Source of the DNA: Rhynchobatus australiae
Lineage: Eukaryota
Assembly (NCBI GenBank): GCA_034780895.1
Contig: JAUZTB010000062.1
Location: forward strand, 15,173,795 to 15,237,794
DNA: 64,000 bases
Reading direction: 5' to 3'
Both the position numbers and the translations under genes were made by a program. Below the pieces are notes generated by a model. The model ran no database searches. It was not told where the DNA came from and saw nothing but the letters and a program-made list of their open reading frames with translations. Position 1 is the first letter of the stretch. Each line of letters starts with the position of its first letter. Positions 26,231 to 40,327 of the stretch are shown piece by piece.

Positions 26231-29200
26231 TGCCAGTGTGGGCAAGTACAGAAGAGATAAATTGATTGTTTCTGAAGTCCATTTGAGTACATGTGCTCAC
26301 AACTTGTCATCGTGCCTTCTGTTCCTGCTTGCTCAGAAAACCCCAAAACACATTTGTTAATAGAAGCGCTGAATATATTCTACTCCATCACATTCTCTGC
26401 AAAATATTTGTGTTTTCTGCATGTTTGCAGGGACCAGAACCACTGCCCCTCCCTAATTCACCCCCATGCCCACCAACCATTTCCCATCCCTCTTATAGTA
26501 CATCAGGCGAGCTTCCACCCACTCTATCCTGCTCCATCTTCATGAGGAGAGGAAATTAAGGACAGGATTAAGAAAGAAAATACAAACAGACAGCAAGATA
26601 AGATGGTTAATGGCTAATTGGTCTGAAATGAAAGGCTAGGATGAGATGTTCTATGTGCAGAGGAAATAGTAGAGTGATGGAGATTCACAGCTCTTCATCT
26701 TTTGAATTTTCAGGGACATTTGTGCATCAATGGTGGCATGCATTAGCAACACACCAACACTCTTCCAGCAAGATCTGGCTCAGATTAAATATTTCCTTAT
26801 ATTTCTTCTGTTGCCCTTAGATGCCATTTTTAAATTACATTTCACCAAGGAATTGCTCAGCACTTGACAATTTCCTCAATGTTCCTTTAGCAAGTAGCTC
26901 AAATGATTTCTCGTTTCAGCAGTTGACTTATTTTTAAAACTTAAATCTTTCTAAATGAATGAAGCATGAGTTTATTTGATTTATTTGCTGGAACATCACA
27001 GTATTTGAAAATTTATACAGAAAGAATGACAATAAACTTGACTTTGACTCTGACTCTTGGGTTTCTGGCAATTCAATAGAATTGCCAGTTATTCAATATT
27101 TTAAAGATTTTGCTGATGGGTTTATCTTGTATTGTTCTTCAGAAGCCTGGAATTACCTTTATACCTCAAGGTGGCTTTAACTCCCAGTGCCTGTGTAATT
27201 AAAAGTCAATGTGCAACATTAAGTAATGAATCTATGTGAAATATTAATTAATCCATGAATAATATTAAATATTGCCCCAACTTACAAAAGAGCCAGTAAA
27301 TTCAATACACATCATTCTTTCTGAAGTCGATGGAATATCATCCTAAGCTATCAAAGGCTTAAATATCATTTATTTCTGAGACTTTATAAGTGTGTCACAA
27401 ATCTAATTTTTGTATGCAGTAGCTTTCAAATATAATTCTACAATAATGTCACATATGCCCACATAAGCTACTATAAATTTGTGCTTCATGTGAACATACC
27501 CTGTTCTACCTTAAACATGCAGCAATGGATGATCAAAAGTATTTCTGATTGCCTGGGTCCACTGCATAACTTCATATCTTAGTATGTTCATATTAAAGGA
27601 GATGGGGATTGATCACCAGACTCGGCTGTAAAAGCATGTCAACAGTATATAAACAAATCTTTTTCTTCTTCCTTTAACCACAGGCCTTGAATGCTTTCAT
27701 TTATGCTAATGGACATCTCTAGAGAATATCAGAAAGAATATTACAAATAGCAGTGGAGACAGCATACATCCCTGTCTAGTTCCTATGTCTATGTACACAC
27801 AGAGTTCTATTCTATTTAATTGAATTACGTCTGAAACCAAATTTACGTCAATTCAGAAACAAGAACTCACACACTGCCCTTCTTTAAAGATTTAGCTAGT
27901 GGGTAGTGCTAATATTACTGAGGAGCGCAGATGCAGATCAGATCAATAAATGCAGTGCTTTATCTCAATCAGATGAATAAATACAATGTTTTTCACAAAA
28001 CAGAGTGTTATCTGTTCATTAATCATGGTAATGAATTTCTTAGAAATTCATTCAGCTGAAGCCCCTGAAGTTCATAAAGTCTTTATTTCATGGCAAAACA
28101 AGGAAATAAAACCTCTGACTGGAAGCTCATAATTTTTACATGCCCTCAAATTAAAAAAAATCCTGTTCTCTCTCTACAAACAATGTGTTGCCCAACTTTT
28201 AAACTTCAGATTATTCTATTGACCTTTTTGAGGTGCTTTGGAACATTTCACTTCTGTTAAACGTGCTAACATGATGAAATTGCTGTTGAATCTGCTCTCT
28301 ATTTATCTTAGGGGAAAAAGATTCATAAATTCCATTCTTTTTTCATTAGGATGGTTCCCAGATGGTTCTCAGGCCAATCTTTCGGTCAAATCCCCGAATA
28401 ATTCTGTAATAAAAACAGGAAATGCTGGAAATGCTCATCAGGCCAGGCACTATCTTTGGAGATCGTTAAGAGAATTAACATTTCAGGCTGATGATCTTTC
28501 CACTGGTCAAATTTTACTTAATAATATCTGTGATGTACTAAGGATATTTTACAGTGTTAGTTGCATTAAATGAACAAAGTTTGCTTTGTTTCCTTGGTAG
28601 GAAACCCACATAAAACTTGTGATCAATACTTTGGAAGGATTTGTGTTCACGTAAAGCATGGATGGGAGTACCCAATCTCAGAAGGCCTTCAAAATTAACA
28701 TCCCTAGTCAATTTCTCTTTGGCTTCAGCCATAAAGATAGGGATTTATTAAGGCCTTGCACAGTAGTCATTTAGAGTTACTTTTCTGGACCTGCTGTACG
28801 CAATGTTAATATTTGATGTAGTAAAATTATTCTTATAGTAAAGCAAAATTTCTCTCATTTATTTTATAATTGCTTTCTTCTTGCTCTGTAAAAAAAGCCC
28901 TGTTAAGATATCAGAATTCTGATATCAATGTTCTAATATACTTCACTTATCCATAATTCATGAAACTGTTTAAGCTTCAGCAACTCTTATGAAAATTGTT
29001 CCAAAGTACCAAAATAGCCATTCATCTACAAAGCAGGACTTCTAATATGACACAGAAAAAAATCCAAACTTTTCACATCACCAAGGACACATTCATAAGG
29101 TTTGATAAAACAAACTGAAGAACAGATTGACAGAGCTTCTCGTGCTTCTGTCTCAGTCTTTCCTTCAGACACTGTAGTTATTAAAATTAGTCTCACCCAA

Positions 29201-30219
29201 TGCTGAATTAAAAATTAAGATCTCCCAGAATTTTGTTTTTCATTTTTCCTGTCAATAGAATCTTCTCCAAAATTTTATGGATTTGTATAAAGAAAACTGC
29301 CTGTCTGACTGGTATTGCTATTTAAAGGAATTGTTATTGTTCTTAAGACAACATTTCTGGAATGAAGTAATCCAGTAAATGAGTAACATTCATTGCTTTT
29401 AGTCATTGAAAATAGCTTTTAATCTTTAACAGGATTTCTTGTTAATTTGGATCCTTGGAGAATTTATTGCTGTAAATTATGTAAAATTTCAACAAAATGA
29501 ATAATAGTGGCCTAAAGGATAACTGCACAAAAGAAAGTTTGATATTAACTTGTTCAATTATATTTGTCTATTTTCTTGTGGAAAAAAGAGGAGCAGGCTT
29601 ATAAAATAGTACCAGAAGATGAAACAGACATACAGAAAAGCATGATTACCTTCTTCCAGATTAATATTTAAATACAGGTACAATGATTATTTAATTCCTT
29701 GCCAGTTCTGGAACTAAAACATGTCTTGAGTTACATTTCTCTTTTTCCAGGGTCATCGCAACTTCTTCAAATGAACATATCTTATGGCCCCCTTTAAAGA
29801 TAAAATATGTCAGGCATTGTGTTTATTCTGATTTTATTACAACACAATCCTGGTACTTGGTAGAATGAAGAAAAACATGGAGAGGGCAGAGGTGAATTGA
29901 AACAGAAACAAGATAGGTAAGGGTTCATCAGAAAGGTTAGTAGATAACAAAATGGGTAACACTAACGTCTGTTATAAATACACAGAAAGTAAATGATTGG
30001 ACAAAAGCAGGGTGGGGCTAATTAGGGATCAAAAATGAAGGACAGCTGGAAGGAAGAATGTAAGGAATGAAAGAAAGAAGAAAGGAGGAAAGAGATAGGG
30101 AGGAGGAAGGAGAAAGGGAGAAAGTCTTCCATTTATAACATGTCTTATACAACCTCTGTGCACTCCAAGGTATTAACAGGTGATGAAGTACCTTTGAATT
30201 GTATTCACTGTTCTAATAG

Positions 30220-31630
30220 AACATATCATTGGGTACTGATGGAAGTAAAGGTAGAAATTTCACAGGTTCCGGCCATACTGTTGACATTTCTTGAATATGG
30301 GAATCATGGAAAAGGGCTGAAGGGTTGTTGTGGCTCTGTTTATAAAGCGAGGGAATGACCCTAATAAATGATACATTTTTCAACCTGCTGCTATTGGGGT
30401 AATCTGGGACGACATTATTTTTTGCCTGGAAAATAATACATTAATAAATAACAGCCAATTTGTTGAAGGTAAATTCTGTTTAACTAGCTTGACTGGCCAC
30501 TTCAATGAACTCATGGAGAGAATTGTTCTTGACATTATCTCTGTAGACTTTCAAAAGACTTGTTTTAAGATACCACATAAAATGTAATGTACACTTTGTA
30601 ATAAAACATAAAGATTAAAATGGCAGTAGCAGCAGGTATATGACATTTTCTAAGATTCAAGAAAGCAGGGAATGGTGGTGGATGGTAGATTTTGAGAATG
30701 GAGAGAATAGATGTCTCTCAGGAGATTAGATAAGAACCATTGACTTTTTGATGAATGGCTTCAACATGGGTTATAGAGGCACAATTTCAAGTTTGCAGAA
30801 GGCATAATAACTGGAGCAATAATGAGCACTAAGGAAGGTATTGGCACACTTAAGGAACACATAGACTGATGAATTGGATAGGTACATGGCAAATCAAGTT
30901 AAATGTTAATATTAAGTAAGGAATTTTGGGAATCAGAATGAAAAGAGTATTACAAATAAAATGATACAATTTAAATGAGTGTAGAATAGAAAATAATAAG
31001 ATGCACTGATGTTTCAAGATGATAAGAAATATTGTTGAAAAAAAACAATTGGAATCTTTGACAACAGAGGAGCCGAGGAACTAAGGAATATATGCTACAC
31101 TTTAGTCAATCATCATTTATGTCTCAGATAGAATTCTGAGTTCAATTCTGGATGAGTAACATAATTTAGGAGTGGTGTCAAGACCTTGAAGAATGTGCAG
31201 AGGTTATTTACCAGTGTGTTACTGAGGATGGGGAACTATCAGTTATATGGTGAGACTGGAGACACTAGGAAAGTTTTGTGGAAGCAAAGAAGATTAATGT
31301 CAAAATTACTGAAGGTATTTGTGATTCTGGACACTTATGAAAGGGGAAAATAGGAGAAGCCATTTCTACTGGTAGGAGTGTTGATATTGAAATGACAAAG
31401 ATTTAAGATAATATGCAAAAGAATGAGAGGGAGATGAGGATCTTTTTAACATGCAGTAATTTATGATCAGTAATGCACCGCATGAATAATTAGTAGAACA
31501 GATGCAATCGTGAGTCATGAAAAGGGGATTAAAAACAAAGAAAGAGTGTGGCAATGGAACTGACTGTATTATAGGGTCAGCATATATTATAGTGGACCAA
31601 GTTGTCTCATTCTGAGCTGTGACATTCTAT
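30220..31630 (+). mobile_element. Old, heavily decayed CR1 RT region and 3' end
   Basis: gtagactttcaaaagact (DFQK), caatttcaagtttgcaga (ISKFAD-like) and a CR1-like tail near 31610-31630. Confidence 0.55.
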
Positions 31631-32275
31631 GACAATGTTCAAAGTTTAAGCCTCATGCAGCATTCATAATTTGTTACGTGAATAATAGTAAACAGAAAAG
31701 GGAATAATATGTAATTTTAGAGGTTGTTTTTTTTCTCCCTTTTACAATGGCCCCATGCCATTCACAATTTTCCATAGAATAAGTGCCAAGCAACCTATTT
31801 GACTTTTCATAAAGCCACTCTATTACTTCAATCTAAGGTGCAAATGAGAGCAGTGGGGGTATGTACCTTGTCTCTTTGCTCATTACCTTGAACCTCTCCC
31901 CTGTGTGTTGAGACTGTTTCCAAGTCATCATCAATAAAATAATACAACTAACAGAGAGGGGAGATACTATTTCATTTTGCTGGGCTGGACTTGAAGCCAA
32001 ATCATGGGAAATAGTGCATATTAATCTAGTCTAAGTCATCAAATATAGCTTAAAGAACCCAGCTCATGTTTTTATAAGGTAGATCAAATTTCATTTGCTC
32101 ATCCTACAAAATGTGTATTGCTCTCTAGAGACCCCACAATCATTAATTACAATACAAATACAAATAGCTAAATGCTTGTAGCTTAAGCAGCTTTCAAAGA
32201 TATTTTGAAAATACAGTGCATTCTCAAACACACCTGAGAATCTGTTTATAATGATTCCCATTCCACAGGTATAAG

Positions 32276-32454
32276 TGAGAGACAAATAAAATAATAACAG
32301 TAGTCACCGCATATAAACTTTCAAACGTTGTAATAGATGGTGCTATGTGTGAGGGGAAAGGAGCGTTTTTAACCGCAGAGGCCTCTGGCACCGTAGATAC
32401 AGTTAGTGCAGCTGTTATCCGAGGAAAAGATGTGTCAAGTTTACATTCTTGAGC
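32276..32454 (-). repeat. Inverted duplicate copy A (179 bp) of 40149-40327
   Basis: Ungapped manual alignment: 169/179 identical to the reverse complement of 40149-40327. Confidence 0.95.
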
Positions 32455-35400
32455 ATTTACATTTACATTTTCACGAATATAAGTGAGAGTTATGCATTTT
32501 ACTTGAACTAATGTTGTCTGGTTACTTTATGCAAAGACTGGTGGACTTACAATTCAATTAGCTTTGCTTGGTCTCTTGGTTATTTTGAGGTTGTTTTTAC
32601 TGCCATCATCAAGGAACTTATTTGGATTAATTACCTTCTTTTCTTTGTGTCCTAGGTGGGGGTGAGTCTTGGGAGGGGGGCATGTGGAAGGCGCACCATT
32701 TGCAATATTAACATATCAAAACTTTTATTAAAATATAGTGTCAATTTGTGCCAAAGATCATAAAATACAGAAATTACTGAGACTATGAAACCATAGATGA
32801 AGGGTCCTACAACATACTCAGATGTTCATTAACCAAAACCTGTTCAGGGTGCTGATGAAACTAGTGGTAACAGATGTTTGTGACAGGATCATTTGTATTG
32901 ACATCTATATCATGATTAAATTTCACCATTTTATGACTCCCTTGAGTCATTTAAACCGTTGACTTTTTTTAGCTGTTTTAAAATAAATCTAACACTGAGA
33001 TATCCTTTTTGATGTAATTCCCAATCTACTTTGTGTTCAATTTTAAGAAAAAAATAAAGAATAATCTCTTAGTGGTAGGATTAGTACATGTAACTGCATT
33101 ATCTATTCTTTCCAAATCATCCTTGTCGTCTGAATCCATTATCTTGTTGCTCTGGGAATAAGACTCTGCATTTTGTAATCGATATTCAAATACCAGATAA
33201 AATCCATCAGGAATCAAATGTGTTTGGTCCTTGTTCTGCTTTACTGCAAATAGAGAAAATGAGTCATAAGAGTCTTGTCCTAGAATGATATTTAAATGGT
33301 TATGACAGACAGAGCTTTACATTTATCTTAAACCAGAACTTTTAGTTAAATTGTTTACCTAATTTGAGTACATATGTGAATAAGACTTCTAGTAAAGAAT
33401 TAATTACAGACACTTTTCCACTGATCATAATTTTATTTTAAATATCTGTGTCCGAAAATAAGCAAGTATCACTGTTGACATGTTAAACTAATTCCATATG
33501 ACCTTTCCTGCTTAATGTTGAGGTCATATTGTGCCACATGACAACACCTTCAGGAGAGTTTGATATTATGTTGGTGATATTGATACTGATGGTGATGATG
33601 ATATACTTTGACCAGTCTTCAAAACATTGAAAATCTAGGATCCATTAGATATTTTTTAAAATGAAGCAACACCGAAGAAGCTGATTGGACCCTTTTATAC
33701 AATGTCAATTAAGATGTTTTACATGCCAATGTGAAAGGCTTACAATAAAAATATAAATATCCTTCTCAATGGACTCAAAATCAGTTTTAGATCTCTAGTT
33801 ATTAAAGGAATGTGGAAAAGAGCACAAGAAGAACTTGTTCTTCCGAAAAAAAGAAAATGACCAATATTTATAGTAGATTAACTCCATCCAGTTTTAAAAT
33901 TCCATGGAAAATACCAATGGTATTAAGTCACATTATGACCTCATCAACCTAACAACAAAAATGTCCAAGTACACGTCAGTTTCCATAATCTAACACTGAT
34001 CTTGGGTACCTGCCCGTGATCGTATGATGAAAGTTTCGCATAATGAAGATTGCCTAACAGTTATTTATGAAGATCATCATAATTAAAGTTACTTCTTTCA
34101 GTTGTGCTGATGTGAAGCATTTTCCTGCGTGCTATACAAATATGTTGCATGTACAATGGAAAGGAAATCTTACTCAAGAACAAGGTCGTAATTACAACTA
34201 ACAAATTCAAAGCGGAACTCAATGAAGCGAGATGTTTGTCGAGATATTATTCTGTAAATGTACAAAGTTATGTCTTGTTCCGATACATTCCTGGAAAGTG
34301 AATGTCGAATGAACTGATTGAGTTACTAAAGTTATCGGAGCTCCCTGACCATTACAGGAATACTTGGCTCAGAATCACTAGTACCCTTATTTATCTGCAG
34401 AGAAGTATTTTGTATGGATATTTCTGCATGGACTGAGGAGGGCCTTGGAGAGACATTAATGAATGAATGGTATTTATTTCAAAAATAAACTCCAAACAAC
34501 GAGGCGTCTGTAAAGCACACAACGCATTCGGCTGTACGGTTTCACTTCTGAACTGAATCTACATGCTGAAATCGGTGGGATTTTTCTAGGTTTGTTTCGC
34601 GTCTGCTGTTTATTACGAACAGCTGCCCACGTATCTGCAGAACGAACCGTCTCATTCTCGGGGCTTTCCACGCACTTGCTCCTTTACAGTGGCCCCTCCA
34701 ACCACACCATCCTCACCGCATCTCGTTGCAACTTGCTCTCTGTTTCCTTACCACCACCCCCCACCCCCTCGCCAGCTCCCCTTCCATCTCGGGCTTTTTC
34801 ACAATGCAACCGCGCACAGCCCACAGCGTGCAGGATTGTCAAAAGTTCCCGCAAAAGTTGAAAAACTAAACATCGATCCGCCATAACATAGGCTCCTAGG
34901 CTGTCTTTTTTTTGGTGGGAAATTTATGACATTTTTAAGAGCAGTGGGGTTGAAAACTCATCTCCACTACTTCACACAATCAATGGATTGATAACATTGC
35001 ATTTAATTATCCCGACACTCCAAGTGTATAGCCGTTTCAAGTAAACTAATTTAGTATTACCTGGAGAAAACAGGTTTTAAACCATAAACTAATGCAAAAG
35101 AAAATTGAAGAACGCGCGTCACTGGTAGTTTTGAGTGAACAAGTTTAGATCTAACGCTAAGATATAAAACAACGAATGCTTCGGCACTTTACTTCTGTGG
35201 GAAGACGTCAAATTCGCCAGAGAGCTGTGTGTTTGTATGAATAAAGAAGTTCCCTCGGGGAAAGTTTGCAAGATGAACGCAGTGAAGGTGCCATCGAACT
35301 GAGTTATTGCAGGAAGCGGCTTCACTGACAAACCCCTGTGGCTGTTGTGTAACTTTCTCAGTCAAACGTTACGAAGATGTCGTTAAACCACCGACAGAAA

Positions 35401-35694
35401 GCCTGATACTGGCATTCGATTAAAATACATTTCTCAAACAGAAGTTGAATTAAAGTAATATTTTTTGAATAGACGCCTCGTGGTAAGATAACACTGAACG
35501 TTAATGCCAACTTGCTTTGTTGATCTAACATCTTGATATGTTCCCAACATATTGTCTGCTCGAGAATTCTGTCCATTACTTATTAGTCAGATGATTGTTG
35601 TGTACTTTTTACCTGATCACCTTAATCCCGCGATTACATTGGAATATAAACACAGTAGGTGTGCTATTTAGTTCGTGTGAGTTAGTGAGAAAAA

Positions 35695-35858
35695 CGGACA
35701 GGCCGCTGGAGGGACTCCGAGGGTCAAGCAGCATCCGTGGAGGCAAAGGGATGCTGGAAGTTTCGACTGATGCAGGATCTCGACCCGAAACGTCGACCAC
35801 CCCTTTGCCTCCACCGTTTGTTTTTTGTTTGGTCTCAGGTTCCAGCATCTACAGTCTA
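35695..35858. mobile_element. Fold-back Penelope-type repeat with degenerate minimal hammerhead core
   Basis: Perfect 14-bp arms 35737-35750 and 35801-35814 flank CTGATGCA-GGATCTCGACCC-GAAA-CG-TC (35767-35794). Confidence 0.65.
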
Positions 35859-38800
35859 CATTAGTAAGAAATCCAGCACTCAGAAACTGAAACTATTAAT
35901 CTCAAACCCCTAATCTTCCGGCTGGGTGTGAACCATGTAGGTTACTATCTAAAGCTGGTATAACTAATTGCCAAACTCCAAAATAAGTCTTATCATCAGT
36001 TCCTTTGTATTATAACTATTACTAAATGAATAATTTCGTTTTAATTTGTGATTTAAAAAAATACATTCCTGAGTAGCTGAGTGCGAGTGGCAATCCCGGG
36101 AAGGAGAGAAGAATTGATCAATTTGATTTGTAAAACCCTGCCATCTGGAAATATTGATCAGTTTAAAACAGAATTTCTAATCTCTTAATGGGTGTGATTT
36201 GCTGGGGTTAATTCAATATCTTTACACTGAAAGTAACTTCGTCCAGCTGCCCCCGTGACACCGTTGTTAAAATGCCATTAAAAATCAGCAAACAAAAGAG
36301 GATTTTTCGCATTAGCCGGGACTCTGGAATTATATATTATTAGGACATGGCATCGAGTGTTTGATCCAACGTCTGACGTATGGTAAAGATCAACTCTGAG
36401 TGGCAGAACAGGTTCTTAATCCTGTAAATACACAAACATTTATTTTATTTTGTGAATAATGACAGATTGCCCTATTAATGTACTTTTGTGAGTGTATGAA
36501 GGAGGAGAAAGAGTGAAGATTTGCTGGGGAAATTAATTGGAATTTAACACATGACCAACTGATTGGGTATCCACTGCCTCCGACTCGGCATTAAATACGG
36601 TTAAATACTCATCCTAAATCACCATTCTCAGATCTGTATGAAATATAGACGAAGTGGTCCCAGACCACTGCAATTTACCATGTCTACAAAGAAATCAAAC
36701 AATGTGTTTTCCATGAACAAAAAGGAAATTCGAATCAATAATTTTCAATAATTTCCCTTGATCCAATTTATGCAATGTAGACTACTATGCATGACCAAGC
36801 CATTCCACTGGAGTAAACTAATGTCTGCTGGCGATGAGCAGCTAGATTAGAAACTCGCTGAAATTAATTGATGAGGTGTCTTTTTTCTGCCAAACACAGG
36901 AGTAAATCTAGGTTGGAAATTCTCAACCCAGTTTCTGATGGGCGTGAGCAGGAGACAGATAGTAACCTTTCACTTATTAAGTCTCATTTAGAGAGAAAAC
37001 AAATACAGCTTTAGATTCCCAGTGTTAGTCAAAAACAAACATAATTCTTTATTGGTTTCACGTTTAGAATGTGCACAGCCAGTTTATTCCACCTAGTAAA
37101 TGAGTAAGGATAGCTGAATTTGAAAAAATCTGAAGATAAATGGTTAATTGTAATACAATGCTACCTTTTTATCCTTTCTGTTTGGTCAAAACTTGTAGTT
37201 TCTAATTTAAAAAAAAGACATTCATGCAAAAAAACATGCAGCGACATTATCCGTTAGCTAATTTCTCCACGAATGATTGATAGACATTGTGTATTAATGA
37301 TAAAAAAGAGAATCCCAATTATGTTCGGTGTACTTCATTAAGCAAAGTTATTTCAATCAAATAGCATATGAAAATAGAGTTACACGGAATCGAATCATGC
37401 AAATGACTAAGTGCAGACTTGAATAACATGCTAGGCCCCAACTGCAACCGAAAAAAAATATATTAGCATAGTTTTCCTATACTTTCATACTATACCACCG
37501 TTAAAACTTGATCTGAGCCAATCTCGTCATTTTCAGACAACTTATCTAATATTTAAACCAAATTATACACTTTACTGAAAAAACAAATTTGTCCTTCGGG
37601 GGGAAAAAGATATCTCTTCATCTTTTCAACGTATGCATGGTAGAACTAAAAGAATCAGTTCACCCTTAACCAAAGATTCTGCATAGAGGGAATCAACATC
37701 ATCTGGAAATACAGGAAAGGATCTGCCCTCTGTGGAAGTTAATAAGGATTTTTCTTCCAGATTCTATGTTGATAATTTATTGAGAAAACTGAACAGATAT
37801 TTAAAATAGACATAGAACAGATAGATTGCTAAGGAAAGGCGACTACGAAATATCCCTTTGTGAACAGTCACTATAGCTTGCTCAGAACACTAAGTAACCA
37901 TATGTATGTGACATCAGTTCTGCAGAACAAAAAACATGCATCCATAATAACTTTGCCTGTGGAAGAATGTGGAGTTCTTCTTTCCTGAAACACATCACGC
38001 CTTTCAACCATCAGCTTTTATCTCCATGGCAGGGAGCGCGTTGGTTGGAAATAACTTTGCTTAATCTATAATGAATATGGCTAAAATAATGCATGGTTTT
38101 TGTCTATAATTAAGCATTTTCAATGCTCAGCCGAATTTCAATTTACATCATTATCCGATCATTAAAAAAAATAAATTGTAAAATTAAAGCTCTCTGTAAA
38201 ATGGTAAATATATCTTCATCACAAGTTGCCAAGCTAAGAAAATAAAATGCTTCAACAGTATTCATCTGGTCATATTCCCTCATTTACTGAATACTCAGTG
38301 GTGTGTTAATCTACCATACCATCAGAGACACTTGCTTTGGTCTTGTAAAATTAGAACTTTGTGCAATAAAGAGGACATGCTGGAAATACGCAGCAGTCCC
38401 CTGTGGAGATTTTCCAGAATTTTCTGTTTTTTTTATTTCAGGTTTCCCACGTTTGCATTTTTTTTTTGCTTTTGATTAATATTTTACACGTGTGTTCAAA
38501 ATTCTGTTCATTCAGGCATTTTCCCCAGAAGCACGAAAAACATCAACCATTCCATTAAGCTTTCGTTTTGAACTGCCTTCTTCATCCTTTCCAAATCTGA
38601 ACAGCCCACAAGAAAATGAGCGATTTTGAAACCATCGGGGTTCTCACGATATGCTGACGATGCCAAACACCAGACTCCAAAGAGGCAAAGCGCCTGGGCT
38701 TGCATTCTAAACGCTGTATCTGTTATTACATGAAAGTTTTACACGCATTAGCAATACAGCGGCCAAGGTTGATGTTGAGAGATATTGTATGGACGGATAG

Positions 38801-39159
38801 GGATATATTTGCTCTAGTGTTGTTTGCTTAATGTTAATGTGTTGAGTTCGGTAACTTTGCCAAGAGCGCTATGGGGCGAGAGTGTGGGAAAGACTTCTTC
38901 CACATCAGCTGAGAACACAATCGGGTAATTTGTCGGTCTCTTCACAGTCTCCAGATAGTCCTACTCTCTAATATTTACGGGAAATTGGGCGTGGGACTGG
39001 TCAGCAATGACCAATCAACTTTCTTTAAACTCCGTTATTAACAGAAGCCCCAAGAAATCCCGGCATATCCTTAAAAATAATTACTATACATTATGTTTGT
39101 GCATTGGTTTCCAAAGAATTTCTGAAACATTAACTAAACGTACAAAGTTTCAAAGGGAT

Positions 39160-39360
39160 AAACGTAGAAAATGTTGGATGTACTCAGCAGGTCAGGCAAC
39201 GTCTGTTGAGTTAACTTTTCAGGTCGGTGACCATTTATCAGATTGAAAAATCGTTGATGTGATGAGGGGATCTTGATTCTAAAACATTGTTTCTCTTCCA
39301 CAGATGCTGTCTGGCCCGTATTTACAACGCTTAATGTTTTCCTTTCAGATTTCCAGCATC
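39160..39360. mobile_element. Older fold-back Penelope-type repeat
   Basis: Arm tactcagcaggtcaggca, with opposite arm ccacagatgctg...cagatttccagcatc. Confidence 0.6.
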
Positions 39361-40148
39361 AACACTCCCATTCCTCCCGTCCCTCGCCATTGCTTCAAGG
39401 AGATCCCTGGCATCCCCGACCCCAAACATTATAGGAGCATTTGAAGTTCAAACGTTCTCGGGTCCACAATATAAACAATGCAAAGCCACGCAAGTAAATT
39501 GTTCAGTCACTTAGTTTTGAATATATATTACGTGAGCTGAAGAAAATAATCTTAGTGTTCACGATTCTATACAGGTTTATTGAGATGTAAGGAGAAGAAA
39601 ATTCTAGATTTGATCACAAGTTATATCTTGCTTTCCCAATTTCTTACGCAACAGCACCGAAATATTAACTGCAACGTGTAATAGAGATTTCACTTTACCT
39701 GCCAGTGCCAACCCATTTCTCAAAATGTTTATGTATGTTCAGTGGAGGGTAACACAAAAGTGTGGCTGCAATTAACATCATTTTGCGTTTAGTTATTACT
39801 ATTGGATGTCAGTGGCGACTTTAGTACACCTTTGGTTAAATGACAACTTATTCTAGGTTCTGGTATTTAAATGAGATGTTCGTATAAATATCCAAAAACT
39901 GCAAGGGCTAAAAACATTTGTGTGTTAGCATGATGGATAATAGTATCAGGGCAGTTGTAAATAGTAAGCCAGATGAATATCAGACTAGAGTTCTCTTCCA
40001 GTGGATTTGTATATTTATTAAACTTACTTTACAATTCTTTTTTTAACTTTATAACGTCCTTTTGTGTGCTCCGGGGATTCAATTGTTACTTACTATTTTT
40101 TCCACTCCTCTTTGTTACACTGCCAGTTTCTAGTGTGATATCTTTGTC

Positions 40149-40327
40149 GCTCAAAAATGTAAACTTGACACGTCTTTTCCTCGGATAACAGCTGCACTAA
40201 CTGTATCTACGGCGCCAGAGGCCTCTGCGGTTAAAAACGCTCCTTTCCCCTCACACATAGCGCCATCTATTACGACGTATGAAAGTTTATATGCGGCGAC
40301 TGCTGTTATTATTTTACTCGTCTCTCA
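40149..40327 (+). repeat. Inverted duplicate copy B (179 bp, CpG-intact)
   Basis: Partner of 32276-32454; retains six CpGs that copy A has lost. Confidence 0.95.

Noticed and set aside
30045-30125. Purine-rich tract
   Set aside because: Low-complexity sequence next to a SINE tail.
32933-32950. ATGACTC-cctt-GAGTCAT palindrome with an AP-1 site
   Set aside because: Too short to distinguish from chance.
32276-40327. 8-kb DNA transposon with 179-bp terminal inverted repeats
   Set aside because: No target-site duplication, no transposase remnant inside, and asymmetric CpG decay favours a local duplication.
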